A stretch of DNA of 43,229 nucleotides, taken from assembly GCA_018059485.1 (NCBI GenBank), contig JAGOXX010000001.1, forward strand, positions 1-43,229, read 5' to 3'. The notes beneath the pieces are model-generated. The model was not told where the DNA came from. It worked only from the letters and a program-made list of their open reading frames with translations, and searched no databases. Positions within the stretch are counted from its first letter, which is position 1, and each line of letters begins with the position of its first letter. A program made the translations under genes and the position numbers. Of the stretch, positions 1 to 6,749 are shown one piece after another. Source of the DNA: Aeromonadaceae bacterium. GTDB taxonomy: Bacteria; Pseudomonadota; Gammaproteobacteria; Enterobacterales; Aeromonadaceae.

Positions 1-55
1 CTCTGGCTTCCAGCGCAGAGCGAACCAGGATGGCTTCTTTGCTCAAGGTTGACAT
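1..55 (-). CDS. folE: GTP cyclohydrolase I, 5' end only (runs off the window)
   Basis: Not in the ORF track. The reverse strand from ATG at 55 reads MSTLSKEAILVRSALEAR, close to the E. coli FolE N-terminus (MPSLSKEAALVHEALVARG). GGAG SD lies upstream. Confidence 0.8.
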   Translation of the reverse strand, partial: MSTLSKEAILVRSALEAR

Positions 56-214
56 CACATATTCTCCATCACCATCACGGGTGGCGGATCATACCACCAT
101 TCGTGAGCGAGATTAAAAAGGCCTTGCAGCCAGTCACTCAAATTGCGCCAGCAGAAGTCCGCCATACCGGCTTGCTGAATGCGGGCCGGGCACCAATCAT
201 CGATATCGGCCCAT

Positions 215-267
215 TTGCGTCTTGCAATAAAATTTGCATTTTGCAAAGAGCGATTCGCAAAATGCGG
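215..267. promoter_or_regulatory. Three LuxO-type enhancer boxes (TTGCA-W3-TGCAA)
   Basis: TTGCGTCTTGCAA at 215-227, perfect TTGCATTTTGCAA at 234-246, TCGCAAAATGCGG at 255-267. They are ~20 bp apart and ~110-160 bp upstream of the predicted sigma-54 start site. Confidence 0.7.
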
Positions 268-350
268 AACCTATTGAGCCCCATAGATGGCACAGGAGGC
301 CCAAATGGCGAAAAATGGCCGAAAAATGCCACTTTTGACGCCCAAAAAAG

Positions 351-367
351 TTGGCACGCTATTTTCA
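351..367 (+). promoter_or_regulatory. Sigma-54 (-24/-12) promoter
   Basis: TTGGCACGCTATTTTCA. The -24 element TGGCACG is perfect; the -12 element is TTTCA instead of TTGCA but at the correct spacing. Predicted +1 is ~377-379. Confidence 0.7.
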
Positions 368-377
368 TATACAAATA

Positions 378-453
378 CGTAAACCAGTTTTATCCCGTGC
401 TCTCTTCAGCGACAGCTGAAGTTTGGTCAACCTTCGAGTTGACCATTTTTTTT
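378..453 (+). ncRNA. Candidate LuxO/sigma-54-dependent small RNA, ~76 nt, not Qrr-like in sequence
   Basis: Bounded by the sigma-54 promoter and an intrinsic terminator. Single-stranded U/C-rich 5' part, then hairpin CTTCAGC-GACA-GCTGAAG (404-421). No credible ORF or RBS. Confidence 0.7.
424..453 (+). terminator. Intrinsic terminator of the candidate sRNA
   Basis: TGGTCAAC-CTTCGA-GTTGACCA followed by T8 on the + strand. Overlaps the last codons of the convergent kinase gene. Confidence 0.85.
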
Positions 454-2568
454 GCCAAAAATTGCTCCCAGAGCCTGCCGCAACCCCTTCGAGGTCACGG
501 GTTTGGCGACCAGATCACTCATGCCAACCTGTAGGCATGCGGCTCTATCCTCCTCGGCGGCATTCGCCGTCAACGCCAGGATCGGCAATTCGGGATAAAG
601 CCTCTTGAGCCTCTTGGATGCCTCCAGACCATCCATCTCCGGCATGCGCAGATCCATCAGCACCAGCTGCGGCCGCTCCTGCGCCACTGCCTCCAAGGCC
701 TCGTAGCCGTTGCCCGCCAGCCGGACCGAATGCCCCATCTTGTGCAGCAACGCCTGGATCACCTGCTGATTCACCGGGCTATCCTCCACCAGCAAGATAG
801 CCAGGGGCGGCGTGGAGAGCACCTCGGCGTCAGCCACAGATTCGGCGGCGTCTGCTTCCAGCAAGGTTCGACAGGGAATACGGAACCAGAAGCAACTTCC
901 CACACCGGGCTGGCTATCGACACCGATGCGCCCCCCCATCAGCTCCACCAGATGGCGGCAGATCGCCAGCCCCAGTCCACTCCCCCCGAAGCGGCGCGTC
1001 ATGGAGGGATCCAGCTGCCGAAATGGCAAAAACAGCTCATCGCATTGCTCGGGAGCTATGCCTATCCCGGTATCATGGACGCTGAAAGCCAGCTGTGTGC
1101 CTTCAACCATCACCTGCAACCGCACCGAACCCTGACTCGTGAATTTGATGGCATTGCCTAACAGGTTGAACAGGATCTGCGTCAGACGCAGGGGATCGCC
1201 GCGCAATTTAGCGGGCAGTGCCGGGTCGATATCAACCAGCAAGGCAATCCCCTTGCTGTGTGCCTGCTCTTCGAGTTGGGTCACCACCGAATGAATGACA
1301 AACTGACTCTCAAACGGAATGGACTCCAGCGTCACCTCTTTGGACTCGATTCTCGAGAGATCGAGCAGGTCATGGAGCAGGGTCTGCAACAAGGCGGCCG
1401 AATGAGTCACGTGACGACTCAGCTCCCGCTGCGCTGGCGTCAATTCACTCTGTTCAAGCAGTTCCAACATGCCCAGAATGGCTTGCATCGGTGTCTTGAT
1501 CTCATGACTCATGACGGCCAGAAACTGCGATTTGGCGCGGTTAGCCGCATCGGCTCGGGCCTTGGCTCGCTTGAGCTCCAGATTGCGACCCACCAGGCTG
1601 CTGATGTCGTTGGCGGTTCCTCGATAACCGAGAAAGCTCCCCTGTTCATCAAAATAGGGATCGGCATTGATCGACAACCAGCGGATCTGCCCACTGAAGA
1701 AGACTTCAAAACGAAACGAACGGATCGGCCTATGCTCCGTGATCTCCTGACGATAGCGCTGCCACTTGCTCTGCTTTAACCGTTCCTTGTCGGTCAGAAA
1801 ATCGGTGAAGCTGCGTCCCTGGATCTGGGACATCAGCGTGGAGGTAAATTGGTCACCTTCGATATCATCGGCAAACTGAATGAACCTGTGGTCAACATCC
1901 GTCTGCCAAAACCAGTCGCTGGCCATCTCGGCGAACTGGCGGAAACACTGCTGCGAGCGCCGTAAGGCCCGCGTCTTCTCGTCTACCAGAGTCTCCAGTC
2001 GTGAACGGTAATCCACATTCAAGATGGCTTGATCCATCAATGGACGATAGCGCTCAAGCAACTCTTTGGCCTGCAGATCCAAGCGATGACGAGCAGGATG
2101 CAGGCAAAGCAGCATCATGCGCCCCTGCACCAGGTTCAATGAGCAGAGCAGCGCACTCCCCGCCATGAGGCGGACCTCCGGGGCGCAAAGGGCAAACTCC
2201 GAGGTCAGCTCGGGAGCAAACAGTGCAACCGTCTCTCCGGCCAGGACGCGCTCAAACAGAGGCCCACTCTGCCACAGCTGTTGTTGCAGCAGGGGGTGAC
2301 TGGCCACGGCACACCGCAAGGGCCCACCAGCCTTGTCGACCAGCAGGATGGCCGCATGCTCAAAGCCAATCAGGGGGCGCAGAATGCGGATCAGCGCCTC
2401 AAACAGGTTGTGGATCCCCTGGGGCTGAGTCAGAACCGAAATGCCTTTAAGCAGCCAATTGTTCTCGGTCTCCCGCCGCGCCTCACGCTCCTGGCAGGCA
2501 ACCAGCTGTAGCCGGGTTTCATGCAACTCCAGCTCCAGCTCGGCACAACTCTTCATCGGCTGCTCCAT
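427..2568 (-). CDS. Cytoplasmic hybrid histidine kinase (GAF-like, PAS, HisKA, HATPase, REC), VpsS/NahK-like
   Basis: H-box SHEIKTP, N-box NLLGNAIKFT, DTGIGI, GGSGLGL, PAS (SDWFWQTD), REC (LVEDS...LMDLRMPEMDG...KP). No TM segments. An alternative start at 2556 gives an ATGA overlap with the FIST gene. Confidence 0.9.
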   Translation of the reverse strand: MEQPMKSCAELELELHETRLQLVACQEREARRETENNWLLKGISVLTQPQGIHNLFEALIRILRPLIGFEHAAILLVDKAGGPLRCAVASHPLLQQQLWQSGPLFERVLAGETVALFAPELTSEFALCAPEVRLMAGSALLCSLNLVQGRMMLLCLHPARHRLDLQAKELLERYRPLMDQAILNVDYRSRLETLVDEKTRALRRSQQCFRQFAEMASDWFWQTDVDHRFIQFADDIEGDQFTSTLMSQIQGRSFTDFLTDKERLKQSKWQRYRQEITEHRPIRSFRFEVFFSGQIRWLSINADPYFDEQGSFLGYRGTANDISSLVGRNLELKRAKARADAANRAKSQFLAVMSHEIKTPMQAILGMLELLEQSELTPAQRELSRHVTHSAALLQTLLHDLLDLSRIESKEVTLESIPFESQFVIHSVVTQLEEQAHSKGIALLVDIDPALPAKLRGDPLRLTQILFNLLGNAIKFTSQGSVRLQVMVEGTQLAFSVHDTGIGIAPEQCDELFLPFRQLDPSMTRRFGGSGLGLAICRHLVELMGGRIGVDSQPGVGSCFWFRIPCRTLLEADAAESVADAEVLSTPPLAILLVEDSPVNQQVIQALLHKMGHSVRLAGNGYEALEAVAQERPQLVLMDLRMPEMDGLEASKRLKRLYPELPILALTANAAEEDRAACLQVGMSDLVAKPVTSKGLRQALGAIFGKKNGQLEG

Positions 2569-3761
2569 CCATCCCCCCGCTCACGAAAAAAAATCACTGT
2601 CGAGATCATCAAGTTGCCGTGCGCATTCTCACCACCACGAAAACGCCCCTGCTCGCCAAAGGTATAGGGGGCAATAAAGGGCATCCCCTGCCGCGCGAGC
2701 GACCAGGAGTCGACCACCTGGTCCATCGCCGAATCCAGCGTCAGCATGCAGCCGGCACAGAAGATGTTCAGGGCGGCTATCTGCTCAATCTCGTGGGGAC
2801 CTAGCGGAAAATCGCTCGAACGCACGGCTCGCTCGAGAAGCCCGTTGCGATTGCCATGCATCAAGATCACGGTTTCCCCTTCGTGGATCTGGGTGAATAA
2901 TCGCAAGCCGCCACGCTCCGTGACCACCTCAGGGTGAGACAACTTGTAGTAGGAGAGTCCGGCCTGCCAACCCACCTGGCGAGCCAACGGGTAGAGGGTT
3001 GTCTCGGCCAGCACATAACTACCCGGCAGGACCGAGCTCAACAGACCATGGGTCCATTCGTTGTAAGCCTCGGCTGCTGGACGATGATCAATCTCGAGTA
3101 GTTCCCGCCCCTCGGCACGCGTCACAACGCCGCGGGGACCAGCAGGCATATAGGTCGAATGAAATTGGGTCGCCACACGACAGGAGGGATAAAACAGAGC
3201 CAAGGCGATGCCCTGCGACAGGCAGCCGTCTTGGGTAAGCAGCTGGCCGCTCTGCCCCTGCAGATTATGCGCCGCACTCCCGCCGACGATGGCGACGGAG
3301 TTGCCAAGCCGCTGCTCAATCGCCGCCATCACCTGCTCTTCACACCCGGGGCTGGCATGCAGCCAGACCAGCGAGGGTAATTCGCCCGGACGATTACTGC
3401 GCTGAATTGCGGTATCCAGCAACGAGGCGACGGCGGCATCAATATCGTCTTGCAACGGTGCCAAGGCACATCCATAGGCCCCCGACTCATCCCACAGCGC
3501 CCAGCAGGCCACGGCCATCCCATCGGCGGAGTGATAACCAGCCTCCGTCATGATGCCCTGGCAGGAGCTACAGCCCATGAGCTGGCTGGCGGGAAAGGCT
3601 TGCCGCAACAGAGCCAGCAGAGTTTCTCCTGCATGCTGCTCGGTAAAGTAGACCAATACCAGACGCGGAGGCGCCTTGGAGGTCAGGTTTAGCGTGGTGA
3701 TTAACTCTTCGACCGCGCACTCACTCTGTGAGTGTAAGGAAAAGGCTGTTGCGACCCTCAC
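2553..3761 (-). CDS. nosP: FIST-domain sensor (NosP-like heme/NO-sensing protein)
   Basis: FIST motifs GCSSCQG, IVGGSAA, EIDHRPAAE, CAGC, TFGEQG...HGNLMIS. Probable GTG start at 3761 behind GGAGAG. Coupled to the kinase gene. The symbol is inferred from family and context. Confidence 0.8.
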   Translation of the reverse strand: MRVATAFSLHSQSECAVEELITTLNLTSKAPPRLVLVYFTEQHAGETLLALLRQAFPASQLMGCSSCQGIMTEAGYHSADGMAVACWALWDESGAYGCALAPLQDDIDAAVASLLDTAIQRSNRPGELPSLVWLHASPGCEEQVMAAIEQRLGNSVAIVGGSAAHNLQGQSGQLLTQDGCLSQGIALALFYPSCRVATQFHSTYMPAGPRGVVTRAEGRELLEIDHRPAAEAYNEWTHGLLSSVLPGSYVLAETTLYPLARQVGWQAGLSYYKLSHPEVVTERGGLRLFTQIHEGETVILMHGNRNGLLERAVRSSDFPLGPHEIEQIAALNIFCAGCMLTLDSAMDQVVDSWSLARQGMPFIAPYTFGEQGRFRGGENAHGNLMISTVIFFRERGDGWSSR

Positions 3762-3878
3762 ATGGCTCTCCTGATACCACACTCTCAGGTTCGATAACCC
3801 GAGAATGGTTATATTTGACGACGCCCGGATTATATGATTAAAGCCTGATGGACCCTACGACTCTGGTGAATATCTGGA

Positions 3879-4784
3879 ATGAAACCGCCACTACACGCTT
3901 ATCAACGAATTGTTGCCTTGGGTGGCGGCCATGGCTTGGGGCGTCTGCTTTCTGCCTTGCAGGGGGTCGGCACTCGACTGACCGGGATCGTCACCACCAG
4001 TGACAATGGCGGCTCATCCGGACGATTACGCCAAAGCCAGGGCTGCATTGCCTGGGGCGATCTGCGCAACTGCATTAATCAGCTGGTCACCGAGCCCAGC
4101 ACCGGCAGTCGCCTATTTGAATATCGTTTCAGTGGGGATGGCGAACTGGCCGGCCATAATCTGGGAAATCTGATGCTGCTGGCCCTGGATAACATGACCA
4201 TACGTCCACTGGCTGCCATCGAGCTCATCCGCCATATGCTCGGCGTCAAGGCGCAGATTCTTCCCATGTCCGAGCAGCCGACCGATCTACTTGGGCTCAG
4301 TCCCTGCGGAACCGCCATCTTCGGCGAAACATCCATTGATGCCTGGCCTGCGTTACCAAACAAGTTGTGGCTCGAGCCCGCCGTCACGGCAACACCCGAG
4401 GCCGTCGAGGCGTTGTTGGCCGCCGATCTGATACTGCTCGGTCCCGGCAGTTTTCTCACCAGCCTATTGCCACCCCTGCTGGTGCCCGAACTGGCGAACG
4501 CTATCCGGATCAGTGAGGCTCGATTCGTCTTTCTGGCAAACTTGCAACCGGAACTGGGGCCTGTCGGCCAGCTTTCCCTGGCTGATCAGCTAGCGTGGAT
4601 AGCTCGTCTGACGGGACGCACCATCGATAGTGTGATAGCCCCCACGGATGCCCCCGAACTCAGCACTCCCTGCTATCGCAGCGAACTGGCCGAGCAGGGC
4701 TGCTACTGGCGGCACGACAGAGACAAGCTGCTACAGGCACTCGAGCACTTGATGGCTCAACCAGAGCATGTGACCTGTCAGTGA
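3879..4784 (+). CDS. yvcK: YvcK/YbhK family (UDP-GlcNAc-binding, gluconeogenesis factor)
   Basis: VALGGGHGL, TSDNGGSSGRLR, GDLRNC, GHNLGNL, LGPGSFLTS. Confidence 0.92.
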   Translation: MKPPLHAYQRIVALGGGHGLGRLLSALQGVGTRLTGIVTTSDNGGSSGRLRQSQGCIAWGDLRNCINQLVTEPSTGSRLFEYRFSGDGELAGHNLGNLMLLALDNMTIRPLAAIELIRHMLGVKAQILPMSEQPTDLLGLSPCGTAIFGETSIDAWPALPNKLWLEPAVTATPEAVEALLAADLILLGPGSFLTSLLPPLLVPELANAIRISEARFVFLANLQPELGPVGQLSLADQLAWIARLTGRTIDSVIAPTDAPELSTPCYRSELAEQGCYWRHDRDKLLQALEHLMAQPEHVTCQ

Positions 4785-4796
4785 GCTGAGGGCAAC

Positions 4797-5150
4797 TCAG
4801 CTCAGGTGCGGCTCGGCTACCAGTTCGGCTAAGGCCTGATTGCTGGCTTGCACACTGGTGTGCAACACGGCGACTCGTTGGGAAATCTGCGGCCAATCGA
4901 GCTGCTGGCACGCCTTTTCCAGCTGTTGGGCATCACAATGGCAGAGGGTCGCCCCATAGGTGGCGCAGACTGACTTCATGGTATGCGCCAGCAGCAGCAG
5001 TTTTTCAGCATCGCGCCGTTCCAGCGCTTGGTCTAATTCGGCCAGATTTTTCTGACCATCCTCGATAAAAATCGTCACCAGCTGCGGCAATAACTCATCG
5101 CCGACATCCTGGCTCAACTGCCCGAGGATCTCTTGATCGATCCAGTTCAT
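4797..5150 (-). CDS. luxU: Hpt phosphotransfer protein, LuxU-like
   Basis: 117 aa, LAHTMKSVCATYGA Hpt motif. Directly downstream of luxO and convergent with yvcK, as in Vibrio. Confidence 0.8.
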   Translation of the reverse strand: MNWIDQEILGQLSQDVGDELLPQLVTIFIEDGQKNLAELDQALERRDAEKLLLLAHTMKSVCATYGATLCHCDAQQLEKACQQLDWPQISQRVAVLHTSVQASNQALAELVAEPHLS

Positions 5151-5178
5151 GACGCGCTCCCGTGCTCACAGGACTTTC

Positions 5179-6603
5179 TTATTTATTAGATGCAGGCAAT
5201 AGCCCTTGTTGTTGCCACCCCTGCAGCTTGCGATACAGTGTCGAGGGGCTTACCTCCAGCAGGCGAGATGCTTGTGGAATATTACCGTGACAAACCTCGA
5301 TGGCGTGAAGGATAGCCGTTCGCTCCACCTCAGACAAGGGTCGAACGGGGCTCTTATCCATCACCGGCAGCGAAATCTCGCCGCTGGTAACGCTCGCAAC
5401 CAAAGGCTCACCCCTCGCATCCTTTGGTGATCGCAACGCATCCGGCAACATGTCGAACATGACGTCGGTACCATCGTGCAGCACGACAATCTGCCGAATG
5501 ACGTTTTGTAATTGGCGGATATTGCCTGGCCACGGATAACTGAGCAAAGCCTTGCGAGCGGGTTCGCTGAAGCGCAAGAAGCGTTTGCCCTCCTCGCGTG
5601 AAAAATCCTGTAAAAAAACCTCGGCTATGCGCAACACATCGTCACCACGCTCCCGTAAGGGCGGCAGGTGCAGTGGAATCACATGGAGTCGGTAATAGAG
5701 ATCCTCGCGAAAACGTCCGGCGGCAACCTCTTGAAGCGGATCACGGTTGGTCGCACAGACAATGCGTACATCAACCTGTTCGGTCACCGAGGAGCCAACT
5801 TTTTGGAAACAGCCAGTCTGCAAGAAACGTAGCAATTTGCTCTGCAGCTCAAGCTCCATCTCGCAGACCTCATCCATGAACAGGGTTCCACCGTGAGCTC
5901 GCCCGGCAGCACCGATCCGTTCACTGACCGCCCCGGTGTAGGCCCCCTTAACATGACCAAATATCTCGCTTTCCATCAAATCTTTGGGGATCGCGGCACA
6001 GTTGAGAGCAACCAGTTGCTGCCGCTGGCGGCCACTGAGCCGATGGATAGCTTCGGCGCATAACTCCTTGCCCGTTCCGCTCTCACCGGTAATAAAAATG
6101 GTCGCCCGCGATGGTGCCGCCGTCTCTATGGTGCGATAGACCGACTGCATGGTCACGCTGGCGCCGACGAAGCCCTCAAACTGTTCGCGAGGAAAAACCG
6201 TCTGATAGCGACTGACTAATGCATTGAGGCGACGGTGCTCAATCGTATTGCGAAGCGTGACCCGAAGCCGCTCCGCCTCAACCGGTTTGACAATATAATC
6301 GTGGGCGCCCAGACGCATCGCATCCACCGCCATATCCAGCGAGCTGTTGGCAGTCATCACGATAACGCTGATACCCAGAGCCGACTCCTGCAGAACACGC
6401 AAGATCTCCATGCCCGACATATCCGGGAGGTGGAGATCGAGTAGCAGAATATCAGGCTGCAATAAGGGGATCTGACGCAGTGCCTCTGATCCGCTGGCGA
6501 CCGAGATCAGCGTAAACGCCTCATGTTTCAAATAGGCCTGATAAACGGCACTGAGCGGTGCTGAATCTTCAACCATCAACACCTTGGGAATTGGATATTC
6601 CAT
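5179..6603 (-). CDS. luxO: Sigma-54-dependent response regulator, LuxO-like
   Basis: REC (MVEDS...LLDLHLPDMSG), Walker A GESGTGKE, ESEIFGHVKGAYTGA, Fis-type HTH. The N-terminus resembles Vibrio LuxO, and the luxO-luxU-yvcK order is kept. Confidence 0.85.
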   Translation of the reverse strand: MEYPIPKVLMVEDSAPLSAVYQAYLKHEAFTLISVASGSEALRQIPLLQPDILLLDLHLPDMSGMEILRVLQESALGISVIVMTANSSLDMAVDAMRLGAHDYIVKPVEAERLRVTLRNTIEHRRLNALVSRYQTVFPREQFEGFVGASVTMQSVYRTIETAAPSRATIFITGESGTGKELCAEAIHRLSGRQRQQLVALNCAAIPKDLMESEIFGHVKGAYTGAVSERIGAAGRAHGGTLFMDEVCEMELELQSKLLRFLQTGCFQKVGSSVTEQVDVRIVCATNRDPLQEVAAGRFREDLYYRLHVIPLHLPPLRERGDDVLRIAEVFLQDFSREEGKRFLRFSEPARKALLSYPWPGNIRQLQNVIRQIVVLHDGTDVMFDMLPDALRSPKDARGEPLVASVTSGEISLPVMDKSPVRPLSEVERTAILHAIEVCHGNIPQASRLLEVSPSTLYRKLQGWQQQGLLPASNK

Positions 6604-6749
6604 GTCACCTCTTAAGCTGGCTGCGCGCTAGAGTACCCGCAAGCCAGGAAACGGGACAAGACGAGCATAGATAACTGTTTCATTTACTTTATTTTTCTCG
6701 ATAGACCAACGATGCTTGAAGCAAGTCATCCACTCAATGCCCAGAGACA

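Noticed and set aside
49-608. ORF-track ORFs 49..534, 55..246, 138..374 and 423..608
   Set aside because: No SD or recognisable motifs. They overlap the folE start, the enhancer boxes, the sigma-54 promoter and a terminator, so the region is better explained as regulatory DNA plus an sRNA.
6604-6610. luxO SD region AGGUGAC is complementary to the Qrr core GUCACCU
   Set aside because: Only 7 nt, mostly the SD itself, and no qrr is present in the window. Worth revisiting only if a qrr exists elsewhere in the genome.
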